From the NCBI GenBank assembly GCA_964291215.2, contig OZ219791.1, positions 320,001 to 384,000 of the forward strand: a stretch of 64,000 nt of DNA. The letters run 5' to 3'. The notes beneath the pieces are model-generated. The model saw only the letters and a program-made list of their open reading frames with translations, ran no database searches and was not told the origin of the DNA. Positions 18,468-29,506 of the stretch are shown here, one piece after another. Every line of letters starts with the position of its first letter. Positions within the stretch are counted from its first letter, which is position 1. A program made the translations under genes and the position numbers. The DNA is from Alphaproteobacteria bacterium. GTDB lineage: Bacteria > Pseudomonadota > Alphaproteobacteria > MPNO01 > UBA830.

Positions 18468-19592
18468 TCATGCTGCCATCGCAAGCTGCGGGCGGGCGAT
18501 CCAGCCGCCGCCGAGAACCCGGTCGCGTTCATAGAAGACGCATGCCTGCCCGGGCGTCACCGCACGCTCGGGGCGGTCGAGGACGATGCGGGCGGCGGGT
18601 CCGTTGCGGTGAAGCGTGGCTGGGACCGGTGGCTGCGATGAGCGGATCCTGACCCCGACGCGCCGCCGGGGAAGGGAAGCCTCGCTTACCTCGCCGAGCC
18701 AGTTCATGCCGATCACGGCGAACTCCGCCTCGCCGAGAGCCGACAGCGGTCCGACCACCACCCGCTGCTGCTCGGGCTCTATGCGGACGACATAGAGCGG
18801 CTCCGTGCCGCCGCCGATGCCGAGCCGGCGGCGCTGGCCGACCGTGAAGCCGATGATGCCGTCGTGGCGGCCGAGCACACGGCCGTCGACATGCACGATG
18901 TCGCCGGGATCGATCGCTCCCGGGCGAATGCGGCGGACGACCGACGCATAGTCCCGGTCGGGAACGAAGCAGATATCCTGACTGTCCGGCTTGTCGGCGA
19001 CCGGCAGGCCGAAGCGTGCGCCATGTCCGCGCACGTCCTCCTTGGCCATCGCTCCCAGCGGAAAGCGCAGATACGCGACCTGTTCGCGCGTGGTCGCGAA
19101 CAGGAAGTAGCTCTGGTCGCGCTGGTGGTCGATGGCTCGGTGCAGCTCGGGGCCGCCGGCGCCAGCGATCCGGCGCACGTAATGGCCTGTCGCCAGCGCG
19201 TCGGCGTCCAGATCGCGGGCCGTCTGCAGAAGGTCGCGGAACTTGACCGTCTGGTTGCAGGTAACGCAGGGAACCGGCGTCTCGCCGCGCAGATAGCTGT
19301 CGGCAAAGGCCTCCATCACATCGTGGCGGAAGCGGGACTCGTAGTTGAGCACGTAGTGCGGAATGTCGAGCGTCCCGGCAACGTACCTCGCGTCGTAGAT
19401 GTCGGCCCCGGCGCAGCACGCGCGACGATGCTTGGAAACTGCTCCGTCGTCATGGAGCTGAAGCGTGACGCCGACGACATCGTAGCCCTCCTCGACGAGC
19501 AGCGCCGCCGTCACGGAACTGTCGACGCCGCCCGACATGGCGACGACGACGCGGGTATCCGCGGGCCTCTTCGGGATCTCAAGCGAGTTCAT
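18468..19592 (-). CDS. mnmA: tRNA 2-thiouridine(34) synthase
   Basis: AMSGGVDSS, TPVPCVTCN, ATGHY, DQSYFL, DSQDICF, FTVGQRR, PGQACVFY motifs. Confidence 0.96.
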   Translation of the reverse strand: MNSLEIPKRPADTRVVVAMSGGVDSSVTAALLVEEGYDVVGVTLQLHDDGAVSKHRRACCAGADIYDARYVAGTLDIPHYVLNYESRFRHDVMEAFADSYLRGETPVPCVTCNQTVKFRDLLQTARDLDADALATGHYVRRIAGAGGPELHRAIDHQRDQSYFLFATTREQVAYLRFPLGAMAKEDVRGHGARFGLPVADKPDSQDICFVPDRDYASVVRRIRPGAIDPGDIVHVDGRVLGRHDGIIGFTVGQRRRLGIGGGTEPLYVVRIEPEQQRVVVGPLSALGEAEFAVIGMNWLGEVSEASLPRRRVGVRIRSSQPPVPATLHRNGPAARIVLDRPERAVTPGQACVFYERDRVLGGGWIARPQLAMAA

Positions 19593-19684
19593 GGCAGGGT
19601 TCCCTGGGCTGTCTTCCTTTGATCAGCCGCCGGTGCCGAACCTGTCCTGGGCTGATGCCGCCGCGACCGGAAGCCGGGCGCTTC

Positions 19685-20374
19685 TCAGCGGGGACCGGAG
19701 TCGCCGCCAAGGTGCCGATACAGGAATTCGAGCGATCTCGCATGGGCGAGGGCAGCCGCCGTCGCGTCGTGGGTGCCCTGCTCGGGGTTGTAGAAGGCGT
19801 GATCGCTACCCGGGTAGATGTGGAATTCCGTCGACGGGTGCGCGCCGCGGATGGCCTTGACGTCCTCGAAGGGAACGATGCGGTCGGCGTCGCCGTAATG
19901 CAGCATGACGGGGCAGCCTGGCGTTCTCGCTATCTCCTCGCGGATGTCGCTGCCATAGAAGATGACGCCGGCGTCGAGTTCGAGGCTGCTGGATGCGATC
20001 CAGGCCCAGCTGCCGCCGGTGCAGAACCCGAAGACCGCGACCCTGGCGACCGATTCGCGCAGTTTCGCCGCGCAGGCCGCAACATCGGCCAGCACCGTTT
20101 CTTCTTTCAGGTTCTCGCGGAACATCATGCCGCGCGCGACGCCGCAGGGATCGTAGTCGAACATCGTGTCCTTCTCCGCCCGGTCGTAGAGGGCCGGCGC
20201 GATCGCGGTGAAACCGTCGCGGGCGAACCAGTCGCAAACATCCCCGAGATGGGGTGTCAGCCCGTAGATCGCATGCAGGAGGACGAGTCCGCCGCCGGCG
20301 TCTCCCGGTGCCTCCGCCCGCCAGGCGTCGAGCCGGTGGCCGTCGGCCGCAGTTACGGTTATGCGATCAGCCAT
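19685..20374 (-). CDS. Dienelactone hydrolase family protein
   Basis: GFCTGG nucleophile elbow; HYGDAD; YPGSDHAF. Confidence 0.88.
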   Translation of the reverse strand: MADRITVTAADGHRLDAWRAEAPGDAGGGLVLLHAIYGLTPHLGDVCDWFARDGFTAIAPALYDRAEKDTMFDYDPCGVARGMMFRENLKEETVLADVAACAAKLRESVARVAVFGFCTGGSWAWIASSSLELDAGVIFYGSDIREEIARTPGCPVMLHYGDADRIVPFEDVKAIRGAHPSTEFHIYPGSDHAFYNPEQGTHDATAAALAHARSLEFLYRHLGGDSGPR

Positions 20375-20430
20375 CTTCGTTCCTGCTGTTCCGGTTGCGG
20401 CCCGCGGATGCCTGCCCGGTGCGGTCGAGC

Positions 20431-21084
20431 TCAGAGGATCTTGCACGCCTCGTCGAAATCATACCGGTACAGCCGCGGCCCCTTGACGCCGTCCAAGGCG
20501 CCGTAGCCGATGTTGCACAGGAAGTTCGATTTCAGGTTCGTGCCCTCGAAGAATGCCTGGTCCGCGACCTCGGGGTTGAAACCGAGCATAGGCCCGGAAT
20601 CGAGGCCGACGGCGCGGATGGCCAAGATCAGGTAGGCGCCCTGCATCGTGCTCTGGTGCGAGGCCAGTTCGGTGGCTGCCGCCTGGTCGGACTTCCAGCG
20701 CTCCGCCATTTCCGGCCGTATCGGGTAGAGCCGCGCGAAATCCTCGAAGAACCTCGTGTCGTAGGCGAGGAGCGCGACCACCGGTGCCGCCATCGTCTTG
20801 TCGAGATTGGGCGGAGACAGGGAAGGCTTCAGCTTTTCCTTCGCCTCGTCCGAGCGGATGAAGAGGAGCCGGCCGGGCATCGTGTTGGCGCTGGTCGGCC
20901 CGAATTTCATCAGGTTCCAAATCTCGTGCAGCTGTTCGTCGGTCACGTCCCGATCCTGCCACGCGTTGTGGCTGCGGGCCTCGCGGAACAGAAGGTCGGC
21001 GGAATCGTCGTCGAGCTGCTGGATCCTGGAGCGATAATTCTCGATTCTGGCGTGGGCTGCAGCGAGGGCCTGATCCTCTGACAT
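20431..21084 (-). CDS. Nitroreductase-family malonic semialdehyde reductase (RutE-like)
   Basis: LLFREARSHN, GPTSAN, QGAYLILA.RAVGLDSGPM.GF, NFLCNIGYG motifs. Confidence 0.85.
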   Translation of the reverse strand: MSEDQALAAAHARIENYRSRIQQLDDDSADLLFREARSHNAWQDRDVTDEQLHEIWNLMKFGPTSANTMPGRLLFIRSDEAKEKLKPSLSPPNLDKTMAAPVVALLAYDTRFFEDFARLYPIRPEMAERWKSDQAAATELASHQSTMQGAYLILAIRAVGLDSGPMLGFNPEVADQAFFEGTNLKSNFLCNIGYGALDGVKGPRLYRYDFDEACKIL

Positions 21085-22989
21085 GTATTTCCTCCCGTAA
21101 ATCGGCGGTTGTCCGGACGGCTGAAGCGCCTGCCTCCGACGGACAGGCAGCGCGATGGAAACGCGGGCCGCTCTCGGCAACGTATCGTGCTGTCTCCGCC
21201 AATTCCTTAGATAGCAGACTTGGCGCGATTGGCAAGACTTCACCACCCAGGCGTTTCTCATGCTGCATTCAATTTTGCTGTCTTCTGCTGTCCGGAGGTT
21301 TCACAGCGTGCCGGGTTTTCTGGCTTCGGGGCCGTCCGCGGTCGTCGCCGACGGCGTTGCCGGCGCGTGGGCGGGATGTGGGCGGCGTCCGGGAATCGGC
21401 CGGACGCTATTGGCGCTCAGGGCTGCGACGGCTTCCCGGCGGTCGAGCCGCCGCCGTGTTTCGGCGAGGCTCTCGCGTCGGTTGGCAAAGATCACCGCGA
21501 GCGCGATGTTGTCGAGGCTGGCGCGGTTTGCGGGTCAGGCAGGCGTCCTTGCCGAAGACGCAGTCTCGGTGGTTCATGTTTTCCACGGCCCGCGGCCGCA
21601 GCAGTTCCTCTGGCGACGCGTGTTGCGCATCAAGCGAGGTGATGATGTATCGGTGCAGTCGTTACCGCTTGCTGCGCCGCTGGCGCTCTTTCTCAGCGGC
21701 TTGCGGTAGCATGCGGGCGATCTGCCGGGGTAGTTGATCAAGCCCTTGAGCGGCACGCGCTGCTCGAGGCGGGTCTTGCCTCCTTGAAGCGGCCGCTGGC
21801 TCCCAGTCGAAGGTTTCGGGCGCCCTTGACCGGGAAGACGTGGTCTGCGCCGCAGCGCCGGGTGATCAGCGTCGCCGGCGTCGTGCGGGTGATCACCTTG
21901 CCGCGGACATCGGTGCGCTCGAGGAGGTGGCCGCCAGCTCGCCGTCGTCGAAGTTCAACGGCGCGAAGGGTGCGCCAGAGGCGTGAGGGCCACGGTCTCG
22001 TGGTGGCGGTTGGCGCCGCGGATGCGCTTGCCGTCGGCGGCAAGCGCCCGGGCGAGCCCGCGGCCGAGCACATCCTCGATCGCCTCGGAGTCGACCGACC
22101 GGACGACCCGGTGGAGGGTCGTCCCGGAGGGCGGCTCGCGCAGCCCCGTCCTCGGGTTCTGCCGATGGCCCCGAGCTCGTCCCGGGACAGCGACCGCGCA
22201 GCTGCGAGGCAGCCTTTCATGTTCGCAAGCTCGGCGAGAACGTGAGCACACCGTGTGCTTCCTGCGCGGCGGAAGTCCTCGATCGCCGCCAGCTCGTCGT
22301 GCAGCGAACGCATCACTTCGGAACCCCGGGGAGCGAGGAGGCAGGCCACCGCAGCGCCTGCGACAGCAGCCGTCGCGCCGCACAACGAAAATCTCCTTGC
22401 CATGGGGGTCGGTGCAGCGCCCGTTGGCGCGGGCAAATCCCCTGGCACGCCAGCCCGCCGCCTTGTGCCCGCAAAACGCGCCGGATCGCAGAACGTCTCC
22501 GCCACCTAGTGGCCGCAGGCCCGGTCGTCGGCCAGCCGCGGCGTCGCAAGAAAGAAGGAGGCGAGGTTCGGAAACGTTCCCGGCGCCGCAAGCAGTCGCG
22601 TGTTGTCAGATCAAGCCACTCCTGCTCCTACTTCCAGCCACCGGTCGCGGCACTTGAAGGCCCCGGCCAGACCACTGCCCCCTGAAGGACGCAATATGGC
22701 GCAGCCTCGCCAGACAGCGAAACCCGAGATAGTCGTCCATCAACGCAGCGGACGCTCCTCAGGCTTCGCGAACCTCGGACAGACCCTTCCGGAGCTGCGA
22801 CGTGAATCGGACAGGACGCGATGTACCTATGAACCGACATCCCCGCACCATGACAACTCCAGTGCAGGAAAGCCAGCGAAAACTGTAAAAAAATCGTAAC
22901 TGCTCACCCCCTGGTTCCGGCTTGATGTCGGGGTAGGCAACGAACGGGTTTTCGTGGAGATCTGACACTGCAGATCGATTCTGTTAGTG

Positions 22990-23255
22990 TGAACTTCCTG
23001 GGCTGCCTCCGCCAAATCCTGATTCTGGTTGAATGTCACGGCCACATCGAGAGCGCCGTTGCGCGCGATTCGCACCATTTCGAGACCAATCCGAAGGTCT
23101 GTTTCTTTCTCGCGCTGTGCCGGCACATCATGCATCGTACCGTCCGGAAGCGGGACCCGCTCGGAGCGCGGTTTCCGGGATGTCACGAGAATCCCGACGC
23201 GGCTCATCGCGGTCAGGCACCGCGCCCGGCACGCCGGATCTTTCCTGGCGTCGGA
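22990..23255 (-). pseudogene. NYN/LabA-DUF88 (PIN-like) protein internal fragment
   Basis: QREKETDLRIGLEMVRIARNGALDVAVTFNQNQDLAEAAQEV resembles the EKxxD...SxDxD core of NYN domains; no start or stop of its own. Confidence 0.6.
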
Positions 23256-24024
23256 GTATCTCCTCACCCCTCCGCAGAGGCGGGTTTGGCGTTGTGCATC
23301 TTGATCATGTCGGCGGCGAGTGCGATCCGGATGGCGACGAGCGGGCTGTAGCCGAGTGCGGCCATGGAGGTGAGATAGCTTGAGCTTCGGCACCAGGCCT
23401 CGGCGTGGAGCCGGGTTCGGAAGCAACCGGAGACCTTGACCTTTGCCATCCAGATTTTCTGCTCGCCGGGATTGTTGGTGAAGCTGACGTCCGGGTCGCT
23501 CATGAAGCGCAGGACGGACTCTTCATGTCTTGCGAGACGCTCCCGGAGGTTGTGCGCGTTCGCAATCCGTCCGCGTTTTCCTTTCTGTCGGGGCGGGATT
23601 TCAGGCAGTTCCTTCGCCCCCGGGTCAGGATGGTCCGGTAGCGCTTGATGACGCTGTGGCGGTCGGCCTCGTTCAGGGTTTTGGATGTGCTCTTGTTAAC
23701 CCTGTGGCAGGCAGCAGTTTCTTCATCACGCGTGCCCGGCGGTAGCCACTGGCGCCGACGATGAAGGTCAGTTCCCTGAGCAGGCGGGACCCGCACAGCT
23801 GGTGGGTGCATTGATCGCAGGCCAGCCATGCGGCCCAGCAGTCGTGGACCAGCGTGCCGATGTAGCTGATGCCGATCTCCTCGATCGCCTGCCTGCCGCG
23901 CCTGCGATGCAGGAACTTGCACGTCCCGTCGGTGACGACATGGAGCGATCGGGTCCTGCCGTCGACCCGGAAGCCGGTTTCGTCGACATGCAGCGCCGGG
24001 CGTTCCAGCAGTTCGGCGATGCGG

Positions 24025-24411
24025 CCGCCAGTCCCGCAGCAGGTCGTCGTACAACGCCGAGGGGCGGCCCGAGACCATTACCTGACACGGCAGACCCAGT
24101 TCAAGGAGTTCGACATGGTCGGCTTCGGTGTAGTCGGGGCGGTACCGGCGGGTCGCCTGCAGGGGTTGCTGCAGACCAGTTCCGTGCCCCGGAACGCAAA
24201 GCGCGTGGGCGCAGCCGTGGATCAGTTTCACCGGATAGTCGCACCCGAACCCGTCCGGTGCTCCCGGTCGATCCCGATAGAGCGCCGGCGCCTTGCGCTT
24301 CATCAGCGCGCCGCCTCCCGGATGCGTTTCCACATACAGATCATGCGGGGGCTGGAGCCCCGGAAACAGCTGGCACAGCCCGCTCGTCGCCTTCGATCCA
24401 AAGTAGCCCAC
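24025..24411 (-). pseudogene. Dam-like methyltransferase remnant in IS66 copy 2
   Basis: VGYFGSKATSGLCQ..VETHPGGG..DYTEADHVELLEL..PSALYDDLLRDW, then joined by deletion to the middle of the transposase. Confidence 0.72.
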
Positions 24412-24863
24412 TGGCGGTCCCCGTCGTTCTCGATGACCACCACTGAACGAATCGGCCTGCAATGTCAAATCTCCACGAAAACCCGTTCATTACTCTACCC
24501 CGACATCAAGCCGGAACCAGGGGGTAAGCAGTTACAAAAAATCTCCTCGCACCAACCCGCGTCCCCGCAATACCCAGATTCTGCCCTGAAAAATCAAACA
24601 GAATTTAGCGTGAAAATTTCCTGCCGCAGGCCTCTCGCCGCACGCCTCGATGCACCGGTCCGTCAACAACCCCGCTGTTCCGGCAGCCAGCCGCGCAAGA
24701 AGCGCAGCTGCGCCCCCGGGCCGGAAACCCGCGGGCGATTCGCCAAAACGGTTCGAATTGCCCCATTATCCCGTCCATCAATCACGTGATCCGACCGTCG
24801 CGTCCGACAGTTTCGGGGCGGATTGGTGCGCATCGTTTTCCAACACCGCTGGCGTCCCGCAAC

Positions 24864-26864
24864 ATGGCAGATCTTTTCGCAACCGCCGCACCGAAGAGAC
24901 GGAATTATTCCGCCAAGGACATTGAGGTCCTCGAGGGGCTCGAGCCGGTCCGCAAGCGGCCCGGCATGTATGTCGGCGGCACCGACAGCCACGCCTTGCA
25001 CCATCTCGCCGCCGAGATCCTCGACAACGCGATGGACGAGGCGGTTTCGGGACACGCCAGCTGGATCGAGTTCGAACTCGAGGCGGACGGACATATCAGG
25101 ATCCGAGACAACGGACGCGGCATTCCGGTCGAACCGCACCCAAAATACAAGAACAAGTCAGCGCTCGAAGTGGTCCTGACGACCCTGCACTCTGGCGGCA
25201 AGTTCGGCAACGACGCCTACGGCATTGCCGGGGGACTGCACGGGGTCGGCCTTTCGGTCGTCAACGCGCTCTCGGCAGAACTCGTAGCCGAAGTCGCCTA
25301 TGACCGGACGCTCTGGAGCCAGCGCTATGTGAGGGGCAAGGCCAGCGGCCCGTTGCGGCCGGCCGGCAAAGCGACCAATCGCCGCGGCACGCAGATCCGG
25401 TTCCGACCCGACCCCCAGATCTTCGGCGAGAAGGCCGCTTTCCGGCCCGCGGCCCTGTTCGCGATGGCGAAGGCCAAGGCATATCTGTTCAAGGGCGTGG
25501 AAATCCGCTGGTCGTGCGCGCCCGGGCTGATCGCAGCTGGCGACGAGATTCCGGAGCGGCTGACGCTTCATTTTCCCGGCGGCCTCTCCGACTATCTTGC
25601 CGCGATGCTCGGTGACCGCGGAACCGTCGCGGGGACTCGTTTCGTCGGCGAAAGCAAGCTGTCCGGCGACGGCCGGGCCGAATGGGCGCTTGCCTGGCCC
25701 GAGGATCGTGATGCCGCGCTCTCCTCCTACTGCAACACGATACCGACGCCGGAAGGCGGAACCCATGAGGCGGGCCTTCGCGCCGCTCTTGCGCGCGGCC
25801 TCAGAACCTACGGAGAGATGGCCGGGAACAAGCGAGCATCGATCATCACCGGAGACGATGCCGCGGCGTCATCGACGGGCGTGCTCTCGATCTTCATCCG
25901 CGACCCCGAGTTCCAGGGCCAGACCAAGGAGAAGCTGTCGTCACCAAGCGTCGCCAAACAGGTGGAGACCGCCATCCGCGACCATTTCGAGCACTTTCTC
26001 GCCGGTAACGCACGGGCCGCGGACCAGATTCTCGAGCATGTCGTCGAAAGGGCCGAGGAAAGGCTGCAGCGGCGCAAGGACCGGGAGCTTGCCCGCAAGA
26101 CCCCGACCCGAAAGGTCCGGCTGCCGGGCAAGCTTGCCGACTGCGCCTCGGGAATCGCCGCGGGAACCGAACTGTTTCTGGTCGAGGGCGATTCCGCGGG
26201 CGGGTCCGCCAAGCAGGCAAGGGACCGCAAGACGCAGGCGGTTCTGCCGCTCAGGGGAAAGATTCTCAACGTCGCCAGCGCCTCTGCCGACAAGATGCGT
26301 GCGAACCAGGAACTCACGGATCTCGTCCAGGCGCTCGGCTGCGGCTACGGCAAGACCCTGGCCATCAAGAATCTGCGCTACGAACGCGTGATCATCATGA
26401 CCGATGCCGATGTCGACGGCGCCCATATCGCCTCCCTCCTGATGACGTTCTTCTTCAGGGAGATGCCGGACCTGGTCCGGGAGGGCTGCCTCTATCTTGC
26501 CATGCCGCCGCTCTATCGCATTTCCCAAGGCGGCCGCACCACCTTTGCGCGGGACGACGCGCACCGTGACGAATTGCTGGCCTCCGCCTTCAGCGGCCGC
26601 GGAAAGGTCGAGATCAGCCGCTTCAAGGGGCTCGGCGAAATGCCGCCAGCGCAACTGAAGGAAACGACCATGAGCCCCGAGACGCGAACGCTCCTCAAGG
26701 TGGTCGTCCCCGACGGATACGCTGCGCCGCAACCGCCGCGCGACGGCAACTGTCCGCCGTCGGCGACCGCGGATCTCGTCGAACGCCTCATGGGCCGCAA
26801 GCCCGAAGCGCGCCTGCAGTTCATCCAGCAGAATGCGGAAACGGTCGACTACGTGGACGTCTGA
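24864..26864 (+). CDS. parE: DNA topoisomerase IV subunit B
   Basis: IEVLEGLEPVRKRPGMY, EILDNAMDEA, LHSGGKF, VEGDSAGG, PLRGKILN, MTDADVDG, RFKGLGEM; about 666 aa without the GyrB insertion. Confidence 0.9.
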   Translation: MADLFATAAPKRRNYSAKDIEVLEGLEPVRKRPGMYVGGTDSHALHHLAAEILDNAMDEAVSGHASWIEFELEADGHIRIRDNGRGIPVEPHPKYKNKSALEVVLTTLHSGGKFGNDAYGIAGGLHGVGLSVVNALSAELVAEVAYDRTLWSQRYVRGKASGPLRPAGKATNRRGTQIRFRPDPQIFGEKAAFRPAALFAMAKAKAYLFKGVEIRWSCAPGLIAAGDEIPERLTLHFPGGLSDYLAAMLGDRGTVAGTRFVGESKLSGDGRAEWALAWPEDRDAALSSYCNTIPTPEGGTHEAGLRAALARGLRTYGEMAGNKRASIITGDDAAASSTGVLSIFIRDPEFQGQTKEKLSSPSVAKQVETAIRDHFEHFLAGNARAADQILEHVVERAEERLQRRKDRELARKTPTRKVRLPGKLADCASGIAAGTELFLVEGDSAGGSAKQARDRKTQAVLPLRGKILNVASASADKMRANQELTDLVQALGCGYGKTLAIKNLRYERVIIMTDADVDGAHIASLLMTFFFREMPDLVREGCLYLAMPPLYRISQGGRTTFARDDAHRDELLASAFSGRGKVEISRFKGLGEMPPAQLKETTMSPETRTLLKVVVPDGYAAPQPPRDGNCPPSATADLVERLMGRKPEARLQFIQQNAETVDYVDV

Positions 26865-26943
26865 ACCGCTTGTCGGGAGTTCGCGGCGGCGGGCCGGAAA
26901 GCGCCAAACGCCGGCATCCGGCCCGCCGCCAGTCACGATCGCT

Positions 26944-27663
26944 TCAGTCTCCACTCAGCCACGCCCACATCTCGGCCGTGACTTCGCCGGGCTGCTCCAT
27001 GGTCGAGAGGTGTCCGTACTCCTCGATGACGGACAGCCGTGCGCCGGGGATCCGGGCGGCAATTTCCTCGCTCATGCCGAGAGGCGTGAGCTGGTCCTGG
27101 CGCCCGCAGAGCACCAGGGTGGAGCAGCGGATGAGGGGCAGGACGGGGCGGCTGTCGGGACGGTCGCAAAGCGCCTGCTGCTGGCGCAGGAACACGACCC
27201 CGTCCCGCCTCGTCGGTCATCGCCGTGATCCCGGCGACCACCGCCTCGTCGCCGAAACGGTCTTCGTGAACGAAGGTCCGAAGGAGCCGCTCGCTGACGG
27301 CCGTGAACCTGCCGCGCCGCACAAGATCCATGAGGTCGCGGCGGCGCACCGCCGTTTCGGCCGAATCGGCGCGCGCCGACGTGCCCAGAAGCGCGAGGCG
27401 GGCCACGCGCTCGAGGGCTCGGCGCATGATCTCGAAGGCGACGTGTCCGCCCATGGAAACCATGCCAGCGCAAACCGGCCGGGCGCCGCGGACAGCGCCC
27501 GCACGGCCATGTCCGCCATCGATGTCGCCTGCGACAGATCGGCGGCAACGATCTCGGCGATATCCGACAACCCGCGGATCTGCGGCCGCCACAACCGCTC
27601 ATTGCAGAGCAGGCCCGGGAGCTGCACGAGCGTCGGCCGGCTGCTGCCGCTTCCCGGTATCAC
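26944..27663 (-). pseudogene. Alpha/beta hydrolase split by two frameshifts
   Basis: Three consecutive frames: LPGLLCNERLW..FALA / SMGGHVAFE..LLGTSARAD / TLVLCGRQDQLTP..GHLSTMEQP. Confidence 0.8.
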
Positions 27664-27864
27664 GTGATACTCGGTTCCGCGGCACGCACCGGGACGATCG
27701 CGGGCAGGCGCGCAGCGGGTGAAGGGGCTGCAGTTCATCTGGCGGTTTCCCGGACGCTATCGAAAAGCCGCGGACCGTGCTACAGTGGCGCCCCGGCAGG
27801 CGGAACACGGCGACATCCGGAAGATTCCAGCTGGCCCGGGTATTTCCACAGCATCAAGGTGATC

Positions 27865-29214
27865 ATGAATTTTTCGAATCTGGGACTTTCCCAGGAAATC
27901 GTTTCCGCAACAAGCGACGCGGGCTACACGGAACCGACACCCATCCAAGCCCAGGCCATCCCGCACATCCTCGGCGGCCGGGACGTGCTCGGCTGCGCCC
28001 AGACCGGAACCGGCAAGACGGCCTCGTTCACGCTCCCCATGATCGACATGCTGTCGAGAGGGCGGGCGCGGGCGCGCATGCCACGGTCCCTGATCCTGAC
28101 GCCGACGCGCGAACTTGCAACCCAAGTTTCGGAAAATTTCGAGACCTACGGAAAGTACCACAAGCTGACCATGGCGCTGTTGATCGGCGGCATCTCGCTC
28201 GACGACCAGACGCGCAAGCTCGACCGGGGAGTCGACGTGCTGATCGCCACGCCGGGCCGGCTTCTCGACCATTTCGGGCGCGGCGGCATCCTCCTCACCG
28301 ACATCAGGATACTGGTTATCGACGAAGCTGACCGGATGCTGGACATGGGGTTCATTCCGGATGTCGAGCGCATCGTCTCGCTTCTTCCGCGCACGCGCCA
28401 GACGCTGTTCTTCTCGGCGACCATCCCCCCGGAAATCCGCCGCCTGTCGGACGCGTTTCTCACCGATCCCGTGGAAATCACCGTCGCCCCGAACACGCAT
28501 TCCGCGGCGGAGACCGTCGTCCAGCATCTCACCATCGTGCCCCGATCGGACAAGCGCGAGGCGCTGCGCCGGATCATCCGGGCCGAGAATGTCAGCACCG
28601 CCCTCATCTTCTGCAACCGCAAGCGCGACGTCGACATCCTGTTCAAGTCGCTCACCAGGCACGGTTTCGGCGCGGCCGCGCTCCATGGCGACATGGACCA
28701 GGCGCGGCGCCAGCAGACCCTCGGCCAGTTCAAGGAGGGTGAAATCGACTTCCTCGTCGCAAGCGATGTCGCCGCCCGCGGCCTCGACATCGACGACCTT
28801 CCGGCGGTGTTCAACTTCGACGTTCCGACCCATTCGGAAGACTACATTCACCGTATCGGGCGAACCGGGCGCGCCGGCCGCGACGGCCGCGCCTACACCC
28901 TCTCCACCCCCGAAGACGGAACCTATGTCGCAGCCATAGAAAAACTCCTCGGAAACCCGATCCGGCGCCTCGACGTCAACGACATCGCCAGCGAGACTCT
29001 CGAGGACGGGCCCCGAGCGCGGCGCAGCGCGCGCAGCCGGCCCGCGCGGGAGCGGGCCCAGGCGCCGCGAGCCTCCGCCAAGACCAAGAACCGGAGTGCG
29101 CGGAACGCCGAACGCCGGAACGAGGGAGGGAAAGTGCCGGCCGCGCCGGTGGTCGGCCTCGGCGATCATGTGCCCGAGTTCCTGCTCAAGCCGGCGCGCA
29201 GACCGTCGCCCTGA
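27865..29214 (+). CDS. DEAD-box RNA helicase (RhlE-like)
   Basis: Q motif, AQTGTGKT, PTRELA, DEAD, SAT, HRIGRTGR motifs. Confidence 0.95.
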   Translation: MNFSNLGLSQEIVSATSDAGYTEPTPIQAQAIPHILGGRDVLGCAQTGTGKTASFTLPMIDMLSRGRARARMPRSLILTPTRELATQVSENFETYGKYHKLTMALLIGGISLDDQTRKLDRGVDVLIATPGRLLDHFGRGGILLTDIRILVIDEADRMLDMGFIPDVERIVSLLPRTRQTLFFSATIPPEIRRLSDAFLTDPVEITVAPNTHSAAETVVQHLTIVPRSDKREALRRIIRAENVSTALIFCNRKRDVDILFKSLTRHGFGAAALHGDMDQARRQQTLGQFKEGEIDFLVASDVAARGLDIDDLPAVFNFDVPTHSEDYIHRIGRTGRAGRDGRAYTLSTPEDGTYVAAIEKLLGNPIRRLDVNDIASETLEDGPRARRSARSRPARERAQAPRASAKTKNRSARNAERRNEGGKVPAAPVVGLGDHVPEFLLKPARRPSP

Positions 29215-29239
29215 AGCGTAGCAGAGGAGCGAAACCCCG

Positions 29240-29482
29240 ATGCAGACAATCTTCGTCATGGTCAAGTGCGAACTCGGCAAGGCCTACGATGTCGCCGCTG
29301 CCGCCGCCGACAACATAGAGAACGTCTCCGAGGTGTATTCGATCTCGGGCCAGTACGATCTGCTGATGAAATGCGCACTCAGTGACGATGCCGACATCGG
29401 GCATTTCGTCACCCAGAGCGTCCAGTTGATCGATGGCGTCAAGGACACCTACACCCACATCACCTTCAACGCCTTCACCTGA
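29240..29482 (+). CDS. Lrp/AsnC ligand-binding-domain protein
   Basis: 80 aa; VSEVYSISGQYDLL, GVKDTYT. Confidence 0.85.
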   Translation: MQTIFVMVKCELGKAYDVAAAAADNIENVSEVYSISGQYDLLMKCALSDDADIGHFVTQSVQLIDGVKDTYTHITFNAFT

Positions 29483-29506
29483 GCCGGGCGGGCCCAGCGG
29501 CCGGCC

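Larger units (their letters stand above)
22896..24535. mobile_element. IS66 composite unit: solo left end + NYN fragment + degenerate IS66 copy 2 (23256-24535)
   Basis: About 90-bp inverted left-end repeats at 22896 and 24535; internal right end GTATCTCCTCACCCC at 23256; 8-bp duplication AAAAAATC immediately outside both outer ends. Confidence 0.85.
21256..24613 (-). mobile_element. DUF4338-ISAs1 fusion element, heavily degenerate, interrupted near its start by the IS66 composite
   Basis: Fragments YLGFRCL/LRHIA/FKCRDRW (DUF4338), AETFCDPARFAGT, EDFRRA, TTLHRVV, ADGKRIRGANR, YIITSL. Leader TTTTCGCTGGCTTT is shared with the 36.5-kb copy. Candidate ends TCATGC/GCGTGA; boundaries tentative. Confidence 0.65.

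Noticed and set aside
24864-26864. gyrB
   Set aside because: Length, absence of the large insertion and sequence details fit ParE better.
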